Position numbers and translations under genes: made by a program | Source of the DNA: Macrostomum lignano | Lineage: Eukaryota | Direction of reading: 5' to 3' | Assembly: GCA_002269645.1 (NCBI GenBank) | Contig: NIVC01002778.1 | Coordinates: 62,001-126,000, forward strand | Length of the DNA stretch: 64,000 nucleotides | Shown: positions 50,101-63,064 of the stretch, piece by piece | How positions within the stretch are numbered: position 1 is the stretch's first letter | Layout of the letters: every line of letters starts with the position of its first letter | Notes under the pieces: generated by a model | What the model was told of the DNA's origin: nothing | Seen by the model: only the letters and a program-made list of their open reading frames with translations | The model's database searches: none

Positions 50101-51190
50101 AGGCATTGTCTTCAACTTGACGCTGCTGTTGCTGCACTGCTTCGGCATGGCGACTCTCCTCATCATGTGTTGCTACATCAGAGGCAACAACAAGCAAAAG
50201 ATCAGCGCCACGCACTTTCCTGACCGGTTGCTGCTGTGGCTGGGCACAGCCGCCATCCTGCTGAACAGCGTGTACAGGCTGTGGGGCAACACAAACGTGT
50301 TAATTTTGGAGGGCAAAAGAGTTGAGAACACGACCGACCACAGTGTGCCGGAGTACCCGATGGTCTTGTGGAACCTGACCGAGGCCAAAAAAATCAGATT
50401 GGAACTGCAGATTGGCAACGCAACATCCAACTTGGTTCAGAGCGCCGCTCAGACCGCTCTGCTGGAGTGGATCCTGATCAGCAGGTTCTCAAACCACAGC
50501 AAGCTGACCGAATGGTGCCAACGTCTCCTACGGTTACAATCACAACCACGTCAGGACCAACGTCAGGACCAACAACGTCAGGACCAACCACAACGTCAGG
50601 ACCAACCACGACGTCAGGACCAACCACAACGACGTCAGGACCAACCACAACGTCAGGACCAACCACAACGTCAGGACCAACCACAACGTCAGGACCAACC
50701 ACAACGTCAGGACCAACCACAACGTCAGGACCAACCACAACGTCAGGACCAAACACAACGACGTCAGGACCAACCACAACGTCAGGACCAACCACAACGT
50801 CAGGACCAACCACAACGTCAGGACCAACCACGACGTCAGGACCAACCACAACGTCAGGACCAACCACGACGTCAGGACCAACCAATTAGTCCCAAAATCT
50901 GCGCCCTGCTCAACCTCCTGATGGTGATCAACGGAGCTGAATGGATTCTGAGCGCCCTGTGCTTCCCGTTCTTCTTTCCTGAGGATCAGAAGGACGCCCT
51001 CTCGCTACTGCTGACGCCGCTGCAGGTATTCTACGCGTTCCACTCGGCCATTTGCATTCACGACTTCAAAGGGCATCTGAAAATGGAGATCGCTGAAGCC
51101 GATAACGAGCAAGTCGCAGAGGATCCATTGATTGTTAATTTTAAAAACATATTGGGTCAAAACCGATGGCAAACTCCACATGTGTGTTGA
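47133..51190 (+). CDS. OTOP: Otopetrin paralog C (divergent): predicted exon 1 47133-47204 (MKSFSVKLKEGTAQPLNEGNAPQQ) and exon 2 49055-51190; contains an RQDQPQ repeat loop
   Basis: Phase-0 donor CAG|GTAGG at 47205 and a strong acceptor TTTTTCCCCGCAG at 49054, in frame with ORF 48968..51190. Motifs LLYPFQIEY, NGAEW and PLQVFYAFHS. The exon 2 call is stronger than the exon 1 call. Confidence 0.85.
48770..48965. repeat. About 17 bp degenerate tandem repeat (TGAATGAGTACACCCT) in OTOP-C intron 1
   Basis: Directly visible. Confidence 0.85.
50547..50885 (+). repeat. Coding 18 bp minisatellite, 19 RQDQ(PQ) units
   Basis: Lies within the OTOP-C ORF between TM10 and TM11. Unit-length variants are 12, 15, 18 and 21 bp. 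Confidence 0.95.
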
Positions 51191-51929
51191 GTATATTGGA
51201 TGGAGTACTATACTATCCAAATTCCAAAGGAATCGAAAGTGTGATCAGAATGGTGTCAGGCTTCTTGGACAATTTAGCTTTTTTATAGCTTGTTTTTCTT
51301 AAACCAGTTTTTCTTATCTCTGTAATGTTTTTTCCGTACTTAGTCTGTGGCAGTTACCCCCCCCCCGTGAAGTGATTTTTAAGCTACATGTACCATGGGG
51401 AATATTTATAGATTTTATGCTTACCTTAACAGCGGCCCTTATCTTTAGTTTAACACAAAAGGTATTAAATCTGTGTTTTATCTCTTCCCTTCTCTTTAAA
51501 TTAAATTAAAGACACGGGACTTTCACCAATTGACGCAAAATTTTCGCCAAACAATAACAATATAGGATTCAATAATTGATATATATTTCTCCTTTCTCGT
51601 TCATTAAATGACTCCAGCCAATACGCGATCACGAGCTATTTAAGCACGCTTTTAGCGTTTAATGCACGCTTTTACACATTTATATCGTGTTACAATACAG
51701 GACTCAATACTTGGTTTTGAGTGCCATAGACATTGACATATGGCCAAGCATTCTTAAATTGCTGACACTATTCATTGTCTATGGCCAAAAAGCAATCCTT
51801 CACCAATAACGCGACTGTGCAGTAAATCCCAAGCCGTGCTGTAAATTCCAACCACCGTGCTGTAAATTCCCGTACGTATTCAACTTATTAAATTTATTTA
51901 AGTCTACCTGAGCTAATGAGCTAATCCTG

Positions 51930-53110
51930 CCTACGCTACTGTCTCAGTACCTGAGCTACTGACCCAATTCTACCTGAGCTACTGGTCCAATTCTACCTGA
52001 GCTACTGACCCAATTCTACCTGAGCTACTGGTCCAATTCTACCTGAGCTACTGGTCCAATTCTACCTGAGCTAATGAGCTAATCCTGCCTACGCTACTGT
52101 CTCAGTACCTGAGCTACTGACCCAATTCTACCTGAGCTACTGGTCCAATTCTACCTGAGCTACTGGTCCAATTCTACCTGAGCTACTGAACCAATTCTAC
52201 CTGAGCTAGTGAACCAATTCTGCCTGAGCTACTGAACCAATTCTACCTGAGCTAGTGAACCAATTCTACCTGAGCTAATGAGCTAATCCTGCCTACGCTA
52301 CTGTCTCAGTACCTGAGCTACTGACCCAATTCTACCTAAGCTACTGGTTTAATTCTAACTGAGCTACTGAGAAAATTCTATCTGAGCTACTGAGAAAATT
52401 CTACCTGAGCTACTGAGAAAATTCTATCTGAGCTACTGAGAAAATTCTATCTGAGCTACTGAGAAAATTCTATCTGAGCTACTGAGAAAATTCTATCTGA
52501 GCTACTGAGAAAATTCTATCTGAGCTACTGAGAAAATTCTATCTGAGCTACTGAGAAAATTCTACCTGAGCTACTGGTCCAATTCTACCTGAGCTAGTGA
52601 ACCAATTCTACCTGAGCTAGTGAACCAATTCTGCCTGAGCTACTGAACCAATTCTACCTGAGCTAGTGAACCAATTCTACCTTAGCTAGTGAACCAATTC
52701 TACCTGAGCTACTGACCCAATTCTACCTGAGCTACTGAACCAATTCTACCTGAGCTAGTGAACCAATTCTACCTGAGCTACTGAACCAATTCTACCTGAG
52801 CTACTGAACCAATTCTACCTGAGCTAGTGAACCAATTCTACCTGAGCTAGTGAACCAATTCTGCCTGAGCTAGTGAACCAATTCTGCCTGAGCTAGTGAA
52901 CCAATTCTGCCTGAGCTACTGAACCAATTCTACCTGAGCTAGTGAACCAATTCTACCTGAGCTAGTGAACCAATTCTGCCTGAGCTAGTGAACCAATTCT
53001 GCCTGAGCTAGTGAACCAATTCTGCCTGAGCTACTGAACCAATTCTACCTGAGCTAGTGAACCAATTCTACCTGAGCTACTGAACCAATTCTACCTAAGC
53101 TACTGAACTA
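51930..53110. repeat. 23 bp minisatellite (TCTACCTGAGCTAGTGAACCAAT)
   Basis: Directly visible. Confidence 0.95.
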
Positions 53111-54559
53111 ATTCTATCAGCTGAGGTACCGAAATTTAGGACTGAAACTTACATGTTCGCAGGCAAAAATATTTTCCATTGCTGTTGTCACTTAATTAAA
53201 ATAAATTGTAAAGCCCTCTTATCCCTCTTATAGTCTATGCGTGCGGTAAATTCCAATCTATCTATGTCTATGGCTAAAACCAGAAGAATGCTTTGGTTAT
53301 CTAAAGATAAATCTACCATTTAAGCACGATTTTAGTGTGCATTAAATGCTTTTAGCGTTTAATGCACACTTTTACACATTTATATTGTGTTACAATAAGG
53401 GGTGTGCAAACACCAGTTTTTCTTATCTCTGTAATGTTACTTTTTCCTACTTAGGCCGTTACCCCCCGTGGAGTGATTTTTAAGCTACATGTACCATGGG
53501 GAATATCTATAGATTTTATTCTTACCTTAACAGCGGCCCAATTAACTTTAGTTTAACACAAAAGGATTAAACTTATTTATTGATTATATCATAACTAATA
53601 CTAAAGTCGAATTCATAAATAGTCTTCTGAAAACTCAATTGCTGTTCTTTAAGTCCTACATAGAATATTAGTTCTATACTGTGTTTAATATACTCATTTG
53701 TACTCTCTGTAAACCATTTGTCTACGTGTTCTCTACATTTTATCATTAATCCAAGTTAAAACTAAATAAACCTAGCACTTGATGTAGCATTCACGTAATG
53801 GTTATATCTATATCTATCTCTAGAAGGTTAGCAGAGAGACGTGCTTTTATCTCTGTGATGTTTCTACAATAGGGCACCGCCCTCTGTGGAAACGGGTTCT
53901 GGAAGGGGACTTGGGAAAGGGGATTCTGTGGAAACGGGTTTAAGGGTTAGGTTTTCTGGGGGGGGGGAAGGGGTTCTGGGAAGGATTCTAAAGAAGAGGA
54001 TACTCAAAGGCGGAAACCCATCCGAAGGCTCGCCAATCAGATAAAGTGGTAATTTAAGAACCACCAGATGCAGGACGTCAGCTTCTGTATCTGCAGCATC
54101 TGATCAGAACTTCGGTTTTAGTAAATTTTTTAAACCGTTAATGTCAAAACATGTTGAATGTGTCAAACAAAAAGATCGACCAGCCAACACCAAGGGGCGC
54201 CAGGGTTTCCTTGGAAAATGAGCACGAGTTCTCAGTATCTAAGCGGCGGGAAAGTGGAGAGGAATTCCATTGAAGAAAGTTTTTTAGCAGAGCATGGAGG
54301 TCGTGGCCGCTCTGATGTGGGCCCTGAGAGACGCCATCAAGCTGGATGACACGGTCGGCGAGTGGCGGACCGATCCTGCACTGGGCCACCGCCTGGGCCT
54401 CGCTGTGATGACACACCTGGGCTGCAGCCAGGTGTTAGGTATTTAAAACTTGCGTCTCTAAACAGGGCAAAACAATTCTTTATTGATTTAATTATTTTTA
54501 AGTTCCTAAAAATCACTACATTATTTATTAGCAATTAGCCATGTGACTAGTTAATGTTC

Positions 54560-54980
54560 TTTATGTGAACAGTGACTAGTTGTGAACAGCGTGACTAGAT
54601 GTGAACAGTGTGACTAGATGCAAACAGCGTGACTAGATGCAAACAGCGTGACTAGATGTGAACAGCGTGAGTAGATATGAACAGTGTAACTAGATGTAAA
54701 GAGTGTGACTAGATGCAAACAGTGTGACTAGATGTGAAAAGCGTGACTAGATGCAAACAGCGTGACTAGATGTGAACAGCGTGACTAGATGCAAACAGCG
54801 TGACTAGATGTGAACAGCGTGACTAGATGTGAACAGCGTGAGTAGATATGAACAGTGTAACTAGATGTAAAGAGTGTGACTAGATGCAAACAGTGTGACT
54901 AGATGCAAACAGTGTGACTAGATGCGAACAGTGTGACTAAATGCAAACAGTGTGACTAGATGCAAACAGTGTGACTAGAT
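54560..54980. repeat. 19 bp minisatellite (AACAGCGTGACTAGATGTG)
   Basis: Directly visible. Confidence 0.95.
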
Positions 54981-56369
54981 GTGAGAATTCCTTGCCGCCT
55001 CTCTCCTACAATTCTCTCCTGCCGCCTTTCTCCTCTCTCTTTCTCTCCTTCTCACTGTCGCCTCTCTCCTTCTCTTCCCGTCTCTATCCCCTTGTTTCGT
55101 ATCAAGAAAGCGCTTCAATATTTTAGCCTTTTCATTTTTGGTGACGCGATTGCCTGACATCATTAACAATTAATCAACGATTAATCGAAGCACTTAAGTC
55201 AATATATATGACAACTAGCAAGTATGGCTTAAAATCTCGTTCATGATGTGCTACTATAAAGGGAAAAGTAGTATAGTCAAGGAAGAATATGGATTCCTGG
55301 GCCATCCCATCCCCATCGGCTCAGCCAATAGGAGCGCATTTTACACAGTTTTCCACGGAATTCCGCGGAAATTTGGACCCTTTCCACGGACCCAAGTGTG
55401 GCCTTCCAAAAGACCGAAGCTTAATTAAAAAAAGTAGAAAAATCCAGGTCTAAGTCCAGCACTCATTGCAATTGTACTCTAGAGTGATTGCTGCTCAAAT
55501 GTTGAGCATTTTTCTTTTTTTGAAACGGTTTTTAAACGCAAATAAATATATTCAATTAGTTTTCTGTTGTGTGCTGTTTTTTGATTTCTGATTTTACAAC
55601 TAAAAAATAAGAGCGCAGAGCGGAGATGAAACTAAAACAGCGGTGGTGTTGCCAGTCCGAGCAGAGGTGGGGCTGGGTCAATTGTGGGCAGACAGGCAGG
55701 CAGGTGTTAAATTCTATTTCACACAAGCAAAAATGTAATTCCAGAGCTGTCCGGCCCCCGGTGTCCGGCCTGGCTACTATTAGTAGTGTGTGTTTGCAAA
55801 AAGGTGAAAAATACTACTTACTTGATTCTCAGCCTCGAAACCAATGATAAGCGTCTTCCAGGAGAAGGCAAAACTGCAAAAAAAAGAAATCCGAAAACCA
55901 AAAAAGCACAGACAGACAGCCAGAGAAAACACCGCAAAACAAAACCGAATTCCAAATAAAATTTTCTCTTTCTTCCAAAATTCAGTTCGAAAATGGGTGG
56001 GTCAAAAATAGCCAAGGTTGTTGATGAGGACAAAGCAGAAATTACACTAAAAAGTCAGGCGCGGACACGGGGGCAAGCCACTCTCATGTTTGCTAATATT
56101 AAATTAGACTCTACAATAAATAGTTGCAGGCTGTAGCGGGGGACACTATCTAGGCAATCCTATTTATATAATAAGTAGCTCCGTTAGTCTACTTGCCTCA
56201 ATTCTACAATATTCATAATGACAATAATAAGTAGAACTAATACGCCAAATTGTTGCATCTTCAAAGATCCTCAATCGGAAACTTTGCGCACTACTCGTTA
56301 GTAGCGATAGAAGATGGAGAAAAAAACCAGAGCGGTCAAGTCAGTTCTTAGAAACAGTTTTTCCTTCGC

Positions 56370-59300
56370 TCAGACTGGACTCATGGCGTCCTTGAGAAAC
56401 TGGGCGATCTCCATCAGATGAAGCTGCTTGTTGCCAGCGGCGGCTGAGGCGGAGGGCGGCCGGCCAGCGTAGGAGACGTGGCGGTGAGTGCGGTCCGGAC
56501 AGTGGCTGCGGATCAGGTTGTTCACCCGGGGCTGGACATAGAACCAGCTGCCCATGTTCTTGTGCTCCTCCTGCACCCACTGCACCCTGGCGAACGGGTA
56601 CTTGTTGAGCTCCTTCACTGCGGCGCGGGGGGAGTTGAGTAGCGAAACTAGGGTTACCTTGGCGCTGATTGGTTGACAAGTTGGTAGATAAATAGGTACA
56701 CCAATTGGTAGGGTAATTAGCAGACAAATTGGTAGGTAAATCGGTAGACTCTTTTGTAGGATAATGTGCAAACGAGTTGGTAGGCAAGTAGACAAGTTGG
56801 TAGGGAAATTGGTAGACAAGCTGGTAGGGTATATGGTAGACAAGTTGGTAGAGTATATGGTAGACAAGCTGGTAGGGTAATTGGTAGACAAGTTGGTAGG
56901 GTAATTGGTAGACTTATTGTTAGGTTAATTGATAAGACCCAATAATCGGTTAACGGGCAGACACGTGTTTAGTCCTATTGGTAGACACATAAGTGGGCTA
57001 ATTGCAATTGTTAGACACCACTAGAAAACTACTAGGGAGATGATAAATCGGCAGCCTTAACAGCAAGAAGTCGCTGACTCACAGACAAGATCGTAGGGGA
57101 AGGGACTGATCTGTTCAACCCTGCAGATGGCGATGGTGTCATCCTGCCCGGTCCTCTCGCGCTCCTTCACCAGCTCGTAGTAGACTTTGCCGGTGCACAG
57201 CAGCAGCTTGACCACCTCCTTGGGGTCGGCCTTGGCCGGCGGTCCCTGGTCGGAAATGAGCCGCTGGAAGGAGCTGTCGCCAGTCATCTCGGCGAACGAG
57301 CTTCGAGCTTCCGGCAGGCGAAGCAGCGACTTCGGCGTCATCAGCACCAGCGGCTTGCGGAACGGCAGCAGCACCTGGCGGCGCATCAGGTGGAAATAAT
57401 TAGCCGGTGTGGTGACGTTGCACACGAACCAGTTGATGTCGTGCAGCTGCTGCATCATGAAGTCCTCGTCCAGCACGGGGATGTGATCAGGGTCGTCGTT
57501 GGACATCTGCAGGAAGCGCTCGAGGCGGGCGGAGCTGTGCTCGGGGCCCATGCCTTCGTAGCCGTGCGGCAGCAGCAGCACCAGGCCGCTCTGGCGAACC
57601 CACTTCTGCTGGCCGCTGCTCACGAACTGGTCGATGATGCACTGGGCCGTGTTGTTGAAGTCGCCGAACTGCGCCTCCCACATGATCAGCGCGTTGGGAT
57701 CGTTGAGGGAGTAGCCAAGCTCGAATCCCATGACGGCGTACTCGGATAGGCTGCTGTTGCACACGGTGTACGTGGCCTGGCCTGCGGGGTTGGGGAGAGT
57801 AGGCAGAATAGTAGGCAGAATAGTAGGCAGAATAGTACCTCACACAGGGTGTACAGGGCATGCACACTCTCTTGGCCTTGGGGTTGGCCCTCAGCTGTGA
57901 ATCGAACGACAGCCCGCCGGCCAACTTTCATGCACAGCCCCACAAATGAAGTTGGCCGCAAGAGTGCTCAAGAGGTGCTCAATAACTGACTATAAAGTAG
58001 ACAAAATGGTAGACCACAAAGTAGACACAATGGTAGACTATAAAGTAGACACAATGGTAGACTATAAAGTAGACACAATAGTAGACTATAAAGTAGACAC
58101 AATGGTAGACCACAAAGTAGACACAATGGTAGACTATAAAGTAGACACAATGGTAGACCACAAAGTAGACACAATGGTAGACTATAAAGTAGACACAATG
58201 GTAGACCACAAAGTAGACACAATGGTAGACTATAAAGTAGACACAATGGTAGACTATAAAGTATACACAATAGTAGACTATAAAGTAGACACAATGGTAG
58301 ACTATAAAGTAGACACAATGGTAGAGTATAAAGTAGATACAATGGTACACTATAAAGTAGACACAATTGTAGACTATAAAGTAGACACAATGGTAGACTT
58401 TAAAGTAGACACAATGGTAGAGTATAAAGTAGACACAATGGTAGACTATAAAGTAGACACAATGGTAGACTATAAAGTAGACACAACAGTATGCCACAAA
58501 GCCAGCAGGACTCACCCTGCTCAATATTATTCAGCGGCACGTAGGTGGCTAAGTCCTTCTCCTGGTCGTGCAGCACGTGGTGCCGGTGCGAGAAGGTGCC
58601 GCGCTCAACGTCCTGGCCGGACAGCCTGACATGGTAGCCCTCGGTGAGCAGGCTGCCGAAGGCGAAGGCTTCGCCCATGGCCCAGTCGGCCTGCTCGTGC
58701 TCCAGCAGCTCGGCCCGACCGCGCAGGGTTCGCTTCAGACCAGGATGAAGCTTGAAGCCCTGCGGCACGGTAGAGAACACCTGGCCGATCTTGTTCAGCC
58801 TGTCCAACGTCACTGATGTAGCCGGAGCTTTCATCGCGTCGCGGCCTTCGAAGAAGCCGTCCCAGGGCGAGTCCAGCCAGTCGCGGTTGCGCACGCCCTT
58901 CACGGACTTCGCGTTGGTGAAGGCGTCTTCGCACACCTTGTCGTAGCGCTGGCTCTCCTCGTCGTATTCCGCCTGAGTCACCGTGCCCTCCTGCAGGGAC
59001 AGATGGGGATTTTAGTGTCTTGGGGAATTCTCATCTGGGATAAATAGGGGATATTCTCATCTGGGATAAATAGGGGATATCAGTGTCTTGGGGAATTCTC
59101 ATCTGGGATAAATAGGGGATATCAGTGTCTTGGGGAATTCTCATCTGGGATAAATAGGGGATATTCTCATCTGGGATAAATAGGGGATATTCTCATCTGG
59201 GATAAATAGGGGATATCAGTGTCTTGGGGAATTCTCATCTGGGATAAATAGGGGATATTAGTGTCCTGGGGAATCCTCATCTGGGATAAATAGGGGATTT

Positions 59301-62269
59301 TAGTGTCTTGGGGAATTATCATCTGGGATAATTAGGGGATTTTATTGTCCAGGGGAATCCTCATCTGGGATAAATAGGGGATTTTATTGTTCAGGGGAAT
59401 CATCAGCTGGGATAAATAGGGGATATTAGTGTCTTGGGGAATTCTCATCTGGGATAAATAGGGGATTTTATTGTCCAGGGGAATCATCAGCTGGGATAAA
59501 TAGGGGATTTCAATGTCTTGGGGAATTCTCATCTGGGATAAATAGGGGATTTTAGTGTCCTGGGGAATCCTCATCTGGGATGAATAGGGGATATTAGTGT
59601 CTTTGGGAATCCTCATCTGGGATAAATAGGGGATTTTATTGGCCAGGGGAATACTCAGCTGGGATAAATAGGGGATTTCAGTGTCTTGGGGAATTCTCAT
59701 CTGGGATAAATAGGGGATATTAGTGTCTTGGGGAATTCTCATCTGGGATGAAATAGGGGACATTAGTGTCTTGGGGAATTCTCATCTGGGATAAATAGGG
59801 GATATTAGTGTCTTGGGGAATCCTCATCTGGGATGAATAGGGGATATTAGTGTCTTGGGGAATCCTCATCTGGGATAAATTGGGGATTTTAGTGTCTTGG
59901 GGAATCCTCATCTGGGATAAATAGGGGATCTCAGTGTCTTGGGGAATCCTCATCTGGGATAAATAGGGGATCTCAGTGTCTTGGGGAATTCTCATCTGGG
60001 ATAAATAGGGGATCTCAGTGTCTTGGGGAATTCTTATCTGGGATAAATAGGGGATTTTTGTGTCTTGGGGAATTCTCAGTTGGGATAAATTTGGGATTTT
60101 AGTTTAGTGGCTTAGGGCTGTGAAATCCTTTACTGATACATTCGATATCAGAATATCTTTCAAAATCCTTAAATGGGATAAATGAATAACAATAGGAGCC
60201 TTACGCTAATCAGTTTCTCCAGGTACAGCTGCAGCACATTTTTGTGCTCCTTGATCTTCTTGTACATGAGCGGCTGCGTGAACATTGGCTCGTCCATCTC
60301 GTTGTGCCCGTTGCGCCTGTAGCAGACCAGGTCAATTACAACGTCCTTGCCGAATCTGGCCCGCCACTCGGCCGCCACCCTGGCCACGTGAATCACCTCC
60401 TCCGGGTGGTCGGCGTTCACGTGCAGAATCGGGGCGTTCACAACTCGGGCCACGTCTGTGCAGTAGGGGCTGGAGCGCGCCACTCGGGGGTCAGTGGTGA
60501 AGCCCACCTGGTGAACGGAATTCGGTATTCTGATTTTTAATACCAATGCTTAAGGTCACTTGAGAGGCGCTGCATTTCCCTCAGGTAGCACTGCAAATCC
60601 CTCAGGTAGCACTGCAAATCCCTCAGGTAGCACTGCAAATCCCTCAGGTAGCACTGCAAATCCCTCAGGTAGCACTGCAAATCCCTCAGGTAGCACTGCA
60701 AATCCCTCAGGTAGCACTGCAAATCCCTCAGGTAGCACTGCAAATCCCTCAGGTAGCACTGCAAATCCCTCAGGTAGCACTGCAAATCCCTCAGGTAGCA
60801 CTGCAAATCCCTCAGGTAGCACTGCAAATCCCTCAGGTAGCACTGCAAATCCCTCAGGTAGCGCTGCAAATCCCTCAGGTAGCACTGCAAATCCCTCAGG
60901 TAGCACTGCAAATCCCTCAGGTAGCGCTGCAAATCCCTCAGGTAGCGCTGCAAAGCGAACCCACCTGGTTATTAACCACAATATGCACGGTGCCGTGAGT
61001 GGAGTAGTTGGGCAGGTCAGACAGATGGAAAGTCTCCAACACGACGCCCTGGCCGCAGAAGGCGGCGTCGCCGTGCAGCAGGATGGACATGACCTTCTTG
61101 CCGTCCTTGTCGCCTCGGTAGAACTGCTCCGAGTAGGTCTTGCCCTGACACACCGGGTCCACCGCCTCCAGGTGAGACGGATTAGCCAGCACGCTAATCT
61201 TCACTTTCTTATTATTCAGGCGGTTGATCCTCTCGTGACACATGCCCAGGTGGTACTTCACGTCGCCGGAGCCCTCGTCCATGGCTTTGAGCTTGGAGTC
61301 GAACTGGCAGAACAGATTCTCCAGCGGCTTGCGGGCCACATTGGCCAGGACGTTCAGCCTGCCGCGGTGGGGCATGCCGATGTTGAAGCTCTCCACGCCC
61401 AGGTCCGAGGACACGTCAATCACGGTCTTCATGGCCGGGATCATCACCTCGGCGCCCTCCAGGCCGAACCGCTTCTCTGCCGACCACTTGCGGGCCAGGA
61501 ACTCCTCGAATCTGGGGGGGAGGGGGGGCGGAGTGCTTGAGACTGAATGCTGCATCTATGGGGTGACGCCTGACCCGCCTGTCTGATGCTGGGGTGACGC
61601 CTGACCCACCTGTCTGATGCTGGGTGTGCAGGCCTGACCCACCTGTCTGATGCTGGGGTGACGTCTGACCCACCTGTCTGATGCTGGGGTGACGCCTGAC
61701 CCACCTGTCTGATGCTGGGTGTGCAGGCCTGACCCACCTGTCTGATGCTGGGGTGACGCCTGACCCACCTGTCTGATGCTGGGGTGACGCCTGACCCACC
61801 TGTCTGATGCTGGGGTGACGCCTGACACACCTGTCTGATGCTGGGGTGACTCCTGACCCATCTGTCTGATGCTGGGTGTGCAGGCCTGACCCACCTGTCT
61901 GATGCTGGGGTGACGCCTGACCCATCTGTCGGATGCTGGGTGTGCAGGCCTGACCCACTCATTCCATCGAACAGCCCACCCTGACCCAGAAGACCCAAAA
62001 GCCGCTGACCCACCTGGTAGACCGGATCAGCCGGGCCAGCAGCAGCCGCTTCTCATCAGGCGTGATGCTCATAACTCCAGGCGTTTCAAACTTCTCCCTG
62101 AGCCATTCGCACTGCTCGTGATTGTTAATAAACATGAACTCGGCCCCGATATATTTGCAGTACACATTCTCCAGCCGGTTAATGATCTCCTTGAGCTGCA
62201 GCTCGACCTCCTCTCCCCCAATTAGAGTGGTCTGCGGCAGCCGGAACCGCTTCTCCATGTCCTCCTTGG
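56370..62269 (-). CDS. OGDH: 2-oxoglutarate dehydrogenase E1, 3' part; exons 62269-62014, 61511-60965, 60507-60205, 58990-58516, 57781-57083, 56617-56370; 5' exons lie beyond the window
   Basis: Hallmark motifs [86 protein letters not shown] and QEEHKN. All five introns are GT-AG and phase-compatible. Confidence 0.97.
56680..56920. repeat. Degenerate about 22 bp repeat (GGTAGACAAGTTGGTAGGGTAA) in the last OGDH intron
   Basis: Directly visible. Confidence 0.85.
57985..58490. repeat. 24 bp intronic minisatellite (TATAAAGTAGACACAATGGTAGAC)
   Basis: Directly visible. Confidence 0.95.
59000..60100. repeat. 42 bp intronic minisatellite resembling the adjacent 3' splice site
   Basis: The minus-strand unit is CCCCAAGACACTAATATCCCCTATTTATCCCAGATGAGAATT. 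Confidence 0.95.
60575..60955. repeat. 21 bp intronic minisatellite (CCCTCAGGTAGCACTGCAAAT)
   Basis: Directly visible. Confidence 0.95.
61558..61960. repeat. 31-33 bp intronic minisatellite containing copies of the adjacent 5' splice site
   Basis: Units contain CTGACCCACCTG (minus strand CAG|GTGGGTCAG), identical to the real donor at 62005-62016. Confidence 0.95.
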
Positions 62270-63064
62270 CTGCGTTGGTCAAGGATGGTTTTGTTAAGAG
62301 CGCCAATCTTTGTTAACAAACCCAGGACAAATTGGTGTTGCTCAAAAGCTACTGAGACAACAGAATTCATCTAATTAAAAACAGAACTCATCAGGGATGA
62401 AGGAACATTATAGAAAACTTGGGGTGAATACGCTTGCGCTTGTAAATATAACTGACACTGTGCATCGGGATTTCAAAAGCTTTTCCTATACTTACTACTC
62501 ACTCTTATTCAGTTTCAGTAGTCTGTTTAGCGCGCATTTATTAAAGGGATTTTTTTTAAAAAAAGTTTGCGGTAATATTGACATCAAAATACATGTACAG
62601 TGCAAGGATTATTCACTTCGGGCAAAGCACAGATAAGATGAAGAAGTTCCTCTTTAGAGCAGCTCAGCGTCACTGCAATACCAGACTATTGATTTTTCTT
62701 CTTTATGCTGGTAAGAACTTCTCTCAATCGAATTAATGGAACACTTGTTTTGACTAGAAAGTTAAAAAATAAATTACGACAGACATCTAAGAAGACTGGA
62801 GTAAGCGAGCAAGTGAGATACAGGTGAGTATGCAAGGTGGACAAAGGGGAGGAGGTGATAACAGTTCGGCTTACAGATCCAACTGTACATTGCCGCCCGA
62901 CAGAATGCGGGGAAGCCTGCAATTAGCAAAGTACATTGCGGTGTGCGTGCCAGTTGAGCTGAAATTCAGCCTCTAATTTTGTGGGTCGATTCGGCAGTTT
63001 TGAGTTTAACACAGGACTGAATTAGTGTGTCTGAATAAAGGGGTTTGGACTGCGCGTCTGTGAG

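Noticed and set aside
57946-61540. ORFs such as [23 protein letters not shown] and RDLQCYL repeats
   Set aside because: They are intronic minisatellites of OGDH; the flanking exons join in frame without them.
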